64,000 nt of DNA from a bacterium (GTDB taxonomy: Bacteria; UBP6; UBA1177): positions 7,301 to 71,300 of the forward strand of contig JAGCNV010000106.1 of the NCBI GenBank assembly GCA_017645765.1, given 5' to 3'. Positions within the stretch are counted from its first letter, which is position 1; each line of letters begins with the position of its first letter. A model generated the notes under the pieces. That model saw only the letters and a program-made list of their open reading frames with translations. It was not told where the DNA came from and did no database searches. Shown here piece by piece: positions 28,201 through 36,904 of the stretch. Position numbers and translations under genes: made by a program.

Positions 28201-30385
28201 AAAGATCGAAAGCAACAAAAACGAACTTTCCAAGATCGAGAAAGAGAAAAATCTCGAACTTATTTCGATAAAGAAAGATGTCGCTGCCGTCGAGCAGGAA
28301 AAATCGAACGCCCTCAAAGCTCACCAGAAAAAGGTTGCCGCTGCTGAAACAGCTCACAAGAACCAGATGGCTCAGAGAGCAGGCGTTTCCAAAAAGATCA
28401 AGGCTGACGGCGCAACGAAAGAAAAGAACGCGGCAGCAAGCGTAAAAGCTAAGAAGAATGCCGTAAACGTAGAAAAAGCTAACGAAATCAAGAAGATCCA
28501 GACTGAAAAGGCAAATCTTAACGCAAAATACAAAGCTCAGGGTGAAAAAGAAAAGGCTTCCATCCGCAACAACATCGCAGCAAAACAGAAAGAGCTTCAG
28601 GCAAATTCAGTTGCGATGAAAAACTGGGAAAAGAAGTCGAATACTCCAGATCCGGCAAAACTCAAAGACGTTAAAGCACCTTACGAAAAAGAGATTGCTA
28701 AACTTCAGCAGGAAAAGAAAAATCTCAACAAGGAAAAAGCAGACAAACTGGCAGTCGTAACCGCCGGTCACAAAAAGACTATCGACGACCTCAACGCCAA
28801 AAAGGCGGCTGCTGTTGCAGGTTCGAAAGGAATCGACGAAAAAGTCAAGGCTGAAAATGCCGCTATCGCAAAGAAATACAACGACATCAGAGTTAAACTC
28901 AAAGCCGATATCGCGAAACTTCAGCAGGAAAAGAAGCAGAAAATCGGTGCACTCAAAGCCGACACAAATGCAAACATGAAGAAAAAAGCCGTTGCTGAAA
29001 GCGGTTTCAAAAAGGCTCTCGCTACCGAAATTGCAAAACTTTCGGCAGAAAGAAACAAAGAACTCGGTGCAATGAAAGCTGAACATGCGAAAGTTTCAAA
29101 ACAGCTCGCTCAGCACGAAAAGTCGCATGACACATACATTCAGAAGGAAACTTCGAAAATCGATAAGAAATACGAAAAGATTTTTGCCGATCTCGATGCA
29201 AAACTTATGAATGAAAGCATGAGACTCCAGAAAGAAAACAGCGAATTCGAAAAGAAGAAAAAAGCTGAAGAAGCAGCAGCAAGAAAACAGCATCAGGCGT
29301 TCCTTTCCGACAAAAACAAAACGAAAGCCGGAATTGATCAGCAGATCGCACAGGCTCAGAAAGAGAGAGACGCAAAGATCGAAGCAAGAAAGAAAGAGAG
29401 AGACAAACAGCAGGAAACCTGGAACAAAGAGAGAGCTGCCCGTGCTGCCGCTTTTGAAAGAAAAACCGCTACCGACAGAGCGAATATGGCAAACAACGAC
29501 AAGCAGATCGACGCTCTTGCAAGAGAAATCGACAATGCAAACAACGCATGGGCTTTAAAACTTGAAGGCATTCAGGCTAAACACCATGCAGACAGCAAAA
29601 AACAGGAAGCTGCATGGCAGAAACAGGAAGCTGCAAAGGAAGAACAGTACGAGAAAGGCAAGACGAACATCACCGACAAATACGACAATATGGAAATCAA
29701 GGAGAAAGAGGATAGGGAAAAACGCAAACAGCAGATGATGGACAAGAGAGACAAACTGCTTGCTGAAAAAGAGAAGAGAAAAGAAAAGAGACAGGCTATC
29801 CTCGACAAGGAAAAACAGAACTGGGAAAAGACTTCCCAGAACAACAAACTCCAGATTGAAAAAATTCGCGCCGACATTGACAATCTGGAAGCAAAGAAAC
29901 CTGAATCATCCGAGAAAGACAAGGCTGAAGCAAAGGCTAAGAAAGAACAGGTTTCCAAGAAATATCAGGAAAGCATCGACAAGATCAACAAGGCAGAGCT
30001 CCAGCAGGTAAAACAGAAATTCAAACAGGAATACAAGGAAGAAGGCGTTCGTGAAGTCCAGCTTACGAAAGTTACGAAACAGATCGAATCATCCATGGCT
30101 GATGCTTACTCGAAATCGGGTCTTGCGAAACTTGACAAAAACGATTTCTCAGGTGCAAGAAAGGATTTCAACGAAGCGCTCTACCTTGACGACAACAGTA
30201 AATCGGCAAAAGAAGGTCTGAAAGCCATTTCTACAAAGGCTCAGGCTCTTTACTGGGAAGCTTTCGGAATGAAGGAAACCAACAAATCAAAAGCTGTCAG
30301 AACGCTCGAAACGCTTATGAAGAGTCTGCTTCCGACAGATGAAGTCTACCTCAAATCCATGATGCTTCTCGAAGAGCTTAAATAA
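25250..30385 (+). CDS. Giant (about 1700 aa) coiled-coil lipoprotein, E/K/A-rich, with a C-terminal TPR-like segment
   Basis: Probable GTG start at 25250 with signal and lipobox 'VKKIVNALSFLIIVFISCQLFA'. About 1500 aa of heptad-like K/E/A/Q-rich sequence. C-terminal 'LDKNDFSGARKDFNEALYLDDNSKSAKEGLKAI'. Confidence 0.75.
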   Translation: MKKIVNALSFLIIVFISCQLFADDSVSIAQTTAKTAQEKKLAKEIDDNLSLLLSSIKNAKVTAAKSAKTDRCNGDPKCIAQIVTKNESSDYVIVPKIKKGSSDVKVVLTMFDASGKKKGSKTVTSGSDADSEDIASDMLNALKSLIASAAPDEEEAPKKSAVAANRTASYSEVKEEIKKGFTAYDKGDLDGAVETFDRAANELNCKCQQNEIARQLLETVKKIQKGLPKATDSLDDGDYKAALRTLESLRKSDEELREQGYKAMVFKKDKNNRKRYTEPNPQDAQTVEQIHRTFKSKIEELRKWRAKQLSDIDDWVNNNIKTREKAINDLKTKEKELVKQQKDAETALKNKIRDMKYQWEKDDSDIEQEIVNLESQITQIEQREKGVIKVSNKKRDEAKENDFKANDKAYSEWKKKHQQEKDAYYERQKKFETTEGEKVTKRVAELEKRKQALEAKNRETDAKIQKMAEEFEAEERKIMAANEATRMKNEDEDRKYNVQVEKEYQKKFDSLNQNLVKYDDQESAKEKELQKYQQEIEEFMMKSATTLGQIQENVEKDRAKAEADYAKEKETAQTKLEKDYEDKLNQLAAQKTKLEEAIAKHTDDTETMKAKKEEAMIAENEKTIVAAEQKIAANEDAVAKTEQEYEEKIAKLQDVIAKTVDDEENEKANKENALRSENEKLLSEAGSIDDQIATEDGKFADFKGKLDDDYATKSANIDDKIMEQKNKMAEAVENFKGNWGDYVAKEIDKLAAKDNALRGQIDEEKGKMAEIDGKLEQQKAEELNKLEIKLAAVEDAYAQKAAKVEEDVAKDIDKIKADTAAQLDKAAAEDAKIADAHSKKMSDLSAEEGKIAASYDAKIAKYDEQIASIDKKYEQKMAPYSLDPINDEMNQSIAELENKKIETTNKLQELLDAISSARDSEMQNYADKKDAAKDNKAELSKLEREHASAIRKIDNDKASIERKIKFEEESATRKINLEKSKYERKIESNKNELSKIEKEKNLELISIKKDVAAVEQEKSNALKAHQKKVAAAETAHKNQMAQRAGVSKKIKADGATKEKNAAASVKAKKNAVNVEKANEIKKIQTEKANLNAKYKAQGEKEKASIRNNIAAKQKELQANSVAMKNWEKKSNTPDPAKLKDVKAPYEKEIAKLQQEKKNLNKEKADKLAVVTAGHKKTIDDLNAKKAAAVAGSKGIDEKVKAENAAIAKKYNDIRVKLKADIAKLQQEKKQKIGALKADTNANMKKKAVAESGFKKALATEIAKLSAERNKELGAMKAEHAKVSKQLAQHEKSHDTYIQKETSKIDKKYEKIFADLDAKLMNESMRLQKENSEFEKKKKAEEAAARKQHQAFLSDKNKTKAGIDQQIAQAQKERDAKIEARKKERDKQQETWNKERAARAAAFERKTATDRANMANNDKQIDALAREIDNANNAWALKLEGIQAKHHADSKKQEAAWQKQEAAKEEQYEKGKTNITDKYDNMEIKEKEDREKRKQQMMDKRDKLLAEKEKRKEKRQAILDKEKQNWEKTSQNNKLQIEKIRADIDNLEAKKPESSEKDKAEAKAKKEQVSKKYQESIDKINKAELQQVKQKFKQEYKEEGVREVQLTKVTKQIESSMADAYSKSGLAKLDKNDFSGARKDFNEALYLDDNSKSAKEGLKAISTKAQALYWEAFGMKETNKSKAVRTLETLMKSLLPTDEVYLKSMMLLEELK

Positions 30386-30390
30386 GAGAT

Positions 30391-31224
30391 ATGCGTTCAT
30401 TTTTGAAAAGGGGGGCTTTGCTCCCCTTATTTTTTTTATGTTATTCGCTTTATGCAGAAAGTTCGCTGGAAGATTATTACAGGGTTTTCTATCTTCCGCA
30501 TACCAAATATCAGACATGGCTGAAAACCGATAAAAACGACAGTTTCAAAGAAGTTTTCGCCACATTGTACAATCTTCCCTTTTCAAAGGTCCGCAAATTC
30601 GGGAATTTTCCAAAATCAAAGGAAATTCAAGGACTTTCCGGCAAAACCTCTTATCTTTACCTTTATATCGAAATCCCGGCTCACACCGATGCGGCGATTC
30701 TTTTTCACGGGATCAAAAAAGGTGAAGTTTCGGTAAACGGCATGAAACGTGGAAAAATATCGCTCTCATCTGACCGCGGTTACGCAGTTTTGAAAGGCAC
30801 TTACGAAAAAGGGATATATTTCATGTCGGTCAAGATTGAAGAAAAAAATGAAAAAACAGGAATTACGGTTCTTTCCGACAAGAATTTGAAAAGCACCGTA
30901 AAACAGGGATTCACGAAATCTGCGAAATCCAATCTATCGTTGAAAAATTTCGACAGCAAAGACAAAAGCAATGCATTCAGCGCGTTTTTCGATTCTTTCT
31001 GCTTCCCTTATTTTGAAGATATTCCGGAATCTAAAGAACTTTTCTTTGAAATGACCGAAAATAATTCGGAAACCGCAGAGAGCAAAACACTGATTTCTCT
31101 GATACGTTCGGCAAAAAGCAACAAAGATTCACTCAAGTCACTGAAAAAATTAGGATTTACAGAAAAAAACATTGAAATCTGGCAGGAAAATTTCTTAAAA
31201 CAAGGAGTTTGTGGAGATGAATAA
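30391..31224 (+). CDS. Hypothetical secreted protein
   Basis: Signal peptide 'MRSFLKRGALLPLFFLCYSLYAESS'. Lies 5 bp after the giant gene. Confidence 0.55.
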   Translation: MRSFLKRGALLPLFFLCYSLYAESSLEDYYRVFYLPHTKYQTWLKTDKNDSFKEVFATLYNLPFSKVRKFGNFPKSKEIQGLSGKTSYLYLYIEIPAHTDAAILFHGIKKGEVSVNGMKRGKISLSSDRGYAVLKGTYEKGIYFMSVKIEEKNEKTGITVLSDKNLKSTVKQGFTKSAKSNLSLKNFDSKDKSNAFSAFFDSFCFPYFEDIPESKELFFEMTENNSETAESKTLISLIRSAKSNKDSLKSLKKLGFTEKNIEIWQENFLKQGVCGDE

Positions 31225-31858
31225 AAAGATATTGATGCTTTTGATTTTCGATATTGTAATATTTGCCGCTTTCGCTTTCATTATCCGTCAGGACAACCTG
31301 GAAATGGAGCGTTTGAAAAGTATTTCTGAAAATTATGCCAAAGAAAACGAATCTCTGAAAATAGATCTGGAAATGCTCAGAAAAAAATTCTCGGCGCTTG
31401 AAAACAGTCAGAAGAAAACCGCCCAGTCAAACGATTTTTCCATTCAGCAGCAGCAGAAATTCCAGGCTATGAGAGAGGAAATCCAGCGGCTTAAAAAAGA
31501 AGTTACTCCAAAGAACCGCGAAAAAGAGGATAAGATCTGGGATAATATGCTTGAAAATATTAAAACTTTTGTCGATATCGAACTGACAAAAAAGCTGGCC
31601 AGTTTCGGATTCCAGCCAGAAGAAACAGAAGTGTGCGTCACGGAATACAAAAAAAGCCTTGAAAAAAGCAAAGACATTTCGCTTCAATGGTATCGCAATG
31701 AAATCTCAGATGATGAATACGAAGAAAAAGCATTAGAGACAAGCCGTGAATTTTACAAAAATCTTGCCGCAGCAGTCGGCGAAAATATGGCATCGATAAC
31801 CCTTTCCGTCGTGCTTCCGGATTACGAGTTCAGAAAAAAAATTTTCGAGGAAAAATAA
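31211..31858 (+). CDS. Hypothetical membrane-anchored coiled-coil protein
   Basis: N-terminal TM segment 'ILMLLIFDIVIFAAFAFII' followed by coiled-coil. Overlaps the upstream gene by 14 bp. Confidence 0.55.
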   Translation: MEMNKKILMLLIFDIVIFAAFAFIIRQDNLEMERLKSISENYAKENESLKIDLEMLRKKFSALENSQKKTAQSNDFSIQQQQKFQAMREEIQRLKKEVTPKNREKEDKIWDNMLENIKTFVDIELTKKLASFGFQPEETEVCVTEYKKSLEKSKDISLQWYRNEISDDEYEEKALETSREFYKNLAAAVGENMASITLSVVLPDYEFRKKIFEEK

Positions 31859-33721
31859 TCAGTCGAGCTTGAATTCTTCTTTCCAGTTATCCGATTTATC
31901 CCAGTTGGGCTGCTCTTTTTTGTCGAAAAGATAGTTTCCCATGACAAGATAATCCATTTCGGTACGCATGAAACAGCGGTATGCGTCGTCAGGAGAGCAT
32001 ACTATCGGCTCTCCGCGGACGTTGAAAGAAGTGTTGACGACGATCCCGTAGCCCGTTTTCTGCTTGAAAGTGTTGATGAGCTGCCAGTATTTCGGATTGG
32101 TTTCGCGACTAACGCTCTGGATTCTCGCCGAAAAATCGATGTGGGTGATTGACGGAACGTCGCTGCGGAGGAAGTAAAGCCTTTCGTAAAGCGGCAGTTC
32201 CTCGTATTTTTCGGGAAGTTTCGTCCGTCTCGATTCAAGAACCGGCGCGACAAGAAGCATATAGGGCGAAGCAGTGTCGATATCGAAAAATGTCGAGATG
32301 TCTTCTTCGAGGACCGACGGAGCAAAAGGCCTGAAACCTTCACGGTATTTAATTTTGAGGTTGAGTTTTTTCTGCATTTCGGGGCATCTCGGGTCGCCTA
32401 AAATCGAGCGGTTGCCAAGAGCACGGGGGCCGAATTCCATTCTTCCCTGGAACCAGCCGATGACGGTGTCGTTGTTTAAAAGGTCTGCCGTTTTATCGCA
32501 TAAATCACTAAAATCATCAAACTTTTTATATTTTGCATCGTATCTTCGCGCAACATTTTCAATATCGCGGTCGCTGAATTCAGGCCCAAGATATGCGCCT
32601 TTCATCGAATCGCGTTTTTCGATATTCGTCCTTTCGTGGCCGAACGAAATGTAGTGCAGAGCAAGCGCAGCGCCGAGTGAACCGCCTGCATCTCCCGAAG
32701 CAGGCTGGACCCAGAGCCCTTTGAACATTTTCGTACGGAGAAGTTTGCCGTTCGCAACGCAGTTGAGAGCGACACCGCCTGCCAGGACGATATTTTCCGA
32801 TTTTGTGAGCTCTTTTGCCGTTGCAGCGAGCTTGAGAACCATCTCTTCTGTGATTTCCTGAATGGCATAAGCCATGTTCATGTAGTGCTGGTTGAGCTCG
32901 CTCTCCGATTTTCTGCGCGGAAATCCGAAAAGTTTCTCCCACTTTGCATCGTTCGTCATGCTGAGACCCGTAGCATAGTCGAAGTAATCCATATTGAGCA
33001 AAAACGAACCGTCTTCGCGTAGATCGATCATGTTTTCGAGGATTTTCCGCTTGATTTCTTTCGTCTCTTCAGCGTGTTTGTTGCCGTAAGGGGCCAAACC
33101 CATGAGTTTGTATTCGCCGCTGTTTACCTTGAAACCGCAGTAATAGGTAAAAGCAGTGTAAAAAAGACCGATTGAATGCGGGAAGTCGAGTTCTTTTAGC
33201 ACTGTGATTTTACTACCTTTTCCGTGACAGATCGTCAGAGTTCCCCACTCGCCTACTCCGTCAAGCGTGACTATCGCGGCATCCTCGAAAGGGGAGGGAT
33301 AAAACGCGCTCGCCGCATGCGACAAATGATGCTCGGGGAAATAAAGTTTCGGTATCCTGCCGCCGAGTTTCGCAAGTTCTTCGCGCAGCATATCCTTCAT
33401 GAAAAGTTTTTCTTTTATCCATACCGGAATCGCAGAATAGAAACTTTTGAGCCCTTTCGGAGCGAAAGCGTGGTAAGTTTCAAGAAGTCTTTCGAACTTG
33501 ATGTACGGTTTGTCGTAAAACGCGACAGCAGTTACATCGTCCAGCGTTATTCCAGCATAATCAAGAACGAATCTGCATGCGTTTATCGGGAATGACGGAT
33601 CCTGTTTTTTTCGGGTAAAACGCTCTTCGTGAGCCGCCGCAAAAATGTCGCCGTCGATTAAAAGCGCCGCCGCGCTGTCGTGATAATATGCCGAAATTCC
33701 TAAGATTATTTCTCTATTCAT
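31859..33721 (-). CDS. Carbamoyltransferase (NodU/CmcH/SxtI family)
   Basis: 'ILGISAYYHDSAAALLIDGDIFAAAHEERFTRKK' Carbam_trans_N, plus the C-terminal domain. Confidence 0.9.
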   Translation of the reverse strand: MNREIILGISAYYHDSAAALLIDGDIFAAAHEERFTRKKQDPSFPINACRFVLDYAGITLDDVTAVAFYDKPYIKFERLLETYHAFAPKGLKSFYSAIPVWIKEKLFMKDMLREELAKLGGRIPKLYFPEHHLSHAASAFYPSPFEDAAIVTLDGVGEWGTLTICHGKGSKITVLKELDFPHSIGLFYTAFTYYCGFKVNSGEYKLMGLAPYGNKHAEETKEIKRKILENMIDLREDGSFLLNMDYFDYATGLSMTNDAKWEKLFGFPRRKSESELNQHYMNMAYAIQEITEEMVLKLAATAKELTKSENIVLAGGVALNCVANGKLLRTKMFKGLWVQPASGDAGGSLGAALALHYISFGHERTNIEKRDSMKGAYLGPEFSDRDIENVARRYDAKYKKFDDFSDLCDKTADLLNNDTVIGWFQGRMEFGPRALGNRSILGDPRCPEMQKKLNLKIKYREGFRPFAPSVLEEDISTFFDIDTASPYMLLVAPVLESRRTKLPEKYEELPLYERLYFLRSDVPSITHIDFSARIQSVSRETNPKYWQLINTFKQKTGYGIVVNTSFNVRGEPIVCSPDDAYRCFMRTEMDYLVMGNYLFDKKEQPNWDKSDNWKEEFKLD

Positions 33722-33733
33722 ACTTCTTTCCGA

Positions 33734-33883
33734 CTAAAAAATTGTGTAAATAAACGGAGCGATCGCGCTCGAACTTGAAAGAACAACGAGAAGTCCGATG
33801 AGCAGAAGAACAATAATCAGCGGAAGGAGCCAGAATTTTTTCCTGACTTTCAGGTATCCCCATAAATCTTTCAGAAGTTCCAT
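33734..33883 (-). CDS. DUF5989 / SxtK-like small membrane protein
   Basis: A 49-aa ORF too short for the ORF track: 'MELLKDLWGYLKVRKKFWLLPLIIVLLLIGLLVVLSSSSAIAPFIYTIF'. Strong RBS 'AGGAGGA'. This family typically sits beside carbamoyltransferases. Confidence 0.6.
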   Translation of the reverse strand: MELLKDLWGYLKVRKKFWLLPLIIVLLLIGLLVVLSSSSAIAPFIYTIF

Positions 33884-33894
33884 ATTTTCCTCCT

Positions 33895-34305
33895 TTAATA
33901 AGGTTTATCGAGATCTGCCGCGGTGTACTCGTGATTTCTTTCCGCAAAAACAGAGGTTTTTTCACGTTTGAACTGATGCAGGCGAAGTGAATCCTTGCCC
34001 AAAATCCGGCGAATTATTCCCATCGGAAAAACAACGAGAAAAAAGACTAAAGCGAGCATTATTTTCGATATGAAAGTTCCCAGAATCCGCGAAAGCCCGA
34101 ACCAGATGAAAGCAAAAGGTTTGAAAATCATTGGACAAATCATATCGAGAACAAGAATCGCCATTGCTGCCCAGAGAAAATAGTTGTTTTTGAGTGCGGC
34201 AAGGCAGATGAGAGAAATCAGGACAAGCGCCATTCCGCTGTCGGACGCCTGTTTTTTTGTTATCCGACTTTTTTCCGCCGGTTTGTTTTGTTTGAACGTA
34301 TCCAT
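33895..34305 (-). CDS. SxtJ-like membrane protein
   Basis: 136 aa with 3 TM segments, in the conserved position next to the carbamoyltransferase and the DUF5989 gene. Confidence 0.5.
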   Translation of the reverse strand: MDTFKQNKPAEKSRITKKQASDSGMALVLISLICLAALKNNYFLWAAMAILVLDMICPMIFKPFAFIWFGLSRILGTFISKIMLALVFFLVVFPMGIIRRILGKDSLRLHQFKREKTSVFAERNHEYTAADLDKPY

Positions 34306-34468
34306 TTCACACCTAAAAAAAAAACCGCATAATTTTAATCAACAATTATTTTTCGTCCATTTTTTTGATCAAATCTCACAATTTTACCGGCCTTGTTTTT
34401 CTTGCTTTTGCCGTTGTAAGTGTTACAACGGCGCAGATTCTGTTTTTTAACTTTTTTTGGAGGATAAA

Positions 34469-35668
34469 ATGAGACACATTTCCGTCAGAGGCCAGTCAAT
34501 GCCCCTTTCACCGATCAGAAAACTTGCTCCTTACGCAAACGACGCGAAGGCAAAAGGAAAAACGGTTTACCACTTCAATATCGGTCAGCCCGATGTCGAA
34601 ACTCCCGAAGAAATGCTGAAAGTTCTTAATGAAATCAAGACAAAAGTCATTGCTTACGGTCCGAGCCAGGGTATTCCCGAATATCAGGACGCGCTTGTAA
34701 AATACTACGCAAGATACGACATTCCGCTTACCCGCGACAACATCATGGTAACGACCGGCGGAAGCGAAGCGATCATCATGGCTTACACGGTATGCCTTGA
34801 TGCAGGAGACGAAGTGCTCATTCCGGAACCTTTCTACACGAACTACAACGGTTTTGCGACCGCTACCGGCGTAAAAATCGTTCCGATAACGACAAAAATC
34901 GACAACGACTGGGAAATTCCGGCTGTCGAAGAAATCGAAAAACTCGTAACCCCGAACACGAAAGCGGTTATGATCTGCAACCCGAACAACCCGACAGGAA
35001 AGGTTTACTCGAGAGAAGAACTTTCAAAGATCGTCCAGCTCGCAATCAAAAAAGACCTTTTCATCTTTGCAGACGAAGTTTACCGTGAATTCATTTTCAA
35101 CGGCGAAAAACACGTCAGCCTTCTCAGCTTCGAAGAGGCGAAGGACAGAGTCGTCGTTATGGACAGTATTTCAAAGAGATTTTCTTCCTGCGGCGCAAGA
35201 ATCGGCGCTTTCGTAAGCTACAACAAGGAGATCATGAAAGCCGCCCTCGCTTACGGCCAGGCTCGTCTCTGCCCGCCCACGATCGACCAGATGATGGCTG
35301 TAAAATCGGCTGATCTGGATGACAAATACTACGAGACAGTTGTCGGCGAATACAAGAGAAGAAGAGACGCTGTCCTTGCAACGCTCAAAGAGATGAAAGG
35401 CGTTGAATACAGAGTCCCGAACGGCGCGTTCTACATCGTAATCAAACTTCCGGTCAAGAATGCGGAAGATTTCATAATCTGGCTTCTCACCGATTTCGAT
35501 GTCAACGGCGAAACGGTTATGCTTGCTCCGGCAGAAGGTTTCTACTCGACTCCGGGACTCGGCAGAAACGAAGCTAGGATCGCGTTCGTCCTCAACGAAG
35601 AAAAGACGAAGAGAGCGATGAATGTCCTCAAACTCGGTCTTGAAAAATATCTCGAAATCCAGAAATAA
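34469..35668 (+). CDS. Class I/II pyridoxal-phosphate aminotransferase (aspartate aminotransferase-like)
   Basis: 'NPNNPTGKVYS' and 'SKRFSSCGARIG' (PLP-binding Lys) motifs. Confidence 0.9.
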   Translation: MRHISVRGQSMPLSPIRKLAPYANDAKAKGKTVYHFNIGQPDVETPEEMLKVLNEIKTKVIAYGPSQGIPEYQDALVKYYARYDIPLTRDNIMVTTGGSEAIIMAYTVCLDAGDEVLIPEPFYTNYNGFATATGVKIVPITTKIDNDWEIPAVEEIEKLVTPNTKAVMICNPNNPTGKVYSREELSKIVQLAIKKDLFIFADEVYREFIFNGEKHVSLLSFEEAKDRVVVMDSISKRFSSCGARIGAFVSYNKEIMKAALAYGQARLCPPTIDQMMAVKSADLDDKYYETVVGEYKRRRDAVLATLKEMKGVEYRVPNGAFYIVIKLPVKNAEDFIIWLLTDFDVNGETVMLAPAEGFYSTPGLGRNEARIAFVLNEEKTKRAMNVLKLGLEKYLEIQK

Positions 35669-35817
35669 TTCTTTCACCGCCGCCGGTTTTTTGTCGAAAT
35701 ATCGAAATCTCGAGAGGCGGCGCAACGATTATTCTTGCAAAAAAAATGTTTTTATTTATTATATTTAGTCTGTCTGTTTGCAGAGTGTTGTTATTTTATT
35801 GAAATATTGAGGACAAA

Positions 35818-36900
35818 GTGAAGAAAAAATTTTTAATTGTTTTTTGCGTACTCACCGCTTGTTCCGCACTTTTTGCGCTTGTTCCAGACTTTTCTGCCGT
35901 CAGTTCGGCAATCGTTTCAGACGATGACGATGACGAAGAAGATTCTTCCGGCGAAGAAGAGGAAAATTCTTCCGAAGAAGCTGGAGAATCCGAAGAAGAG
36001 AGCGAAAATCAGTCTGAAGAAAGCAGCTCCGATTTCGAAGAAAAGGCTGAAGAGGATCCTTTTGCAAAAACTGCTCCGGCGAAAAAAGCATCAAAACAAG
36101 ACGACGATTTTGTTCAGGGCGGATCGAAAAGTGTTTATCCGGATCCTGAAGAGGATGATTTTGTAGTTGAAAAACGAGAAAAAGGTGTCGTACACAAGCA
36201 CAAAGAGCCTGATCTGGCGAAAGTCGTCAATCCGACCTACCTTTATACAGAGGCAAGTGTACGCTCAAAAAAGCTGTTCGAGCTTTATGAAAAGGATGAT
36301 CTTGTCGTTCTCGAAGAAGTCAACGATTTCTACAGAGTCGAATTTCTCGGTAAGGAAGGCTGGGTTCCGAAAGACGATGTCCGCCTTGAAAAATGGCATA
36401 CCTACAGGATTTCTATCGAACTTGCAGGCGGTGTCGGCGGAGGTGGAGGCGATTTCCAGAACTTCGATATTATCGGAAATTACACGCTGAAACTCAATGT
36501 CGCTGCACTTCAGGATTTCGTTGTCGGAGTCGAAGGAAGAATGCTTTCGCTTGACACGGACAACCTTTACTACGGCGGCGGAATAGTGCTCAGATACTAC
36601 ATCCACGGTCTCAGGAGCCGCAAGACGAGAAGCGCTCTCACGGCGACTGCCGGATTTATCGGAGGTATCGAAAAAATCACAGACCGCACAAGACCGAACG
36701 GACTCCTGAGTTTCTTCGGAGGTCCTTACGCTTCGGCCAACTTAGACTACTTTTTCAGAGTATGGGAATATATCGCGCTCGGAGTCGGCGGCGACTTCAC
36801 CTATCTTAAGATGTACGGATCTTTCAAAGGGTTCGACCACAGCGAACAGCTTTTCCAGGGCGGCGCGCATCTTTCCGTGATGTTTAATGTGTTGAGGTAA
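35818..36900 (+). CDS. Secreted acidic low-complexity protein with an SH3b-like domain
   Basis: Signal peptide. '[20 protein letters not shown]..' acidic tract. '[29 protein letters not shown]' SH3_3-like. Confidence 0.5.
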   Translation: MKKKFLIVFCVLTACSALFALVPDFSAVSSAIVSDDDDDEEDSSGEEEENSSEEAGESEEESENQSEESSSDFEEKAEEDPFAKTAPAKKASKQDDDFVQGGSKSVYPDPEEDDFVVEKREKGVVHKHKEPDLAKVVNPTYLYTEASVRSKKLFELYEKDDLVVLEEVNDFYRVEFLGKEGWVPKDDVRLEKWHTYRISIELAGGVGGGGGDFQNFDIIGNYTLKLNVAALQDFVVGVEGRMLSLDTDNLYYGGGIVLRYYIHGLRSRKTRSALTATAGFIGGIEKITDRTRPNGLLSFFGGPYASANLDYFFRVWEYIALGVGGDFTYLKMYGSFKGFDHSEQLFQGGAHLSVMFNVLR

Positions 36901-36904
36901 CGAT

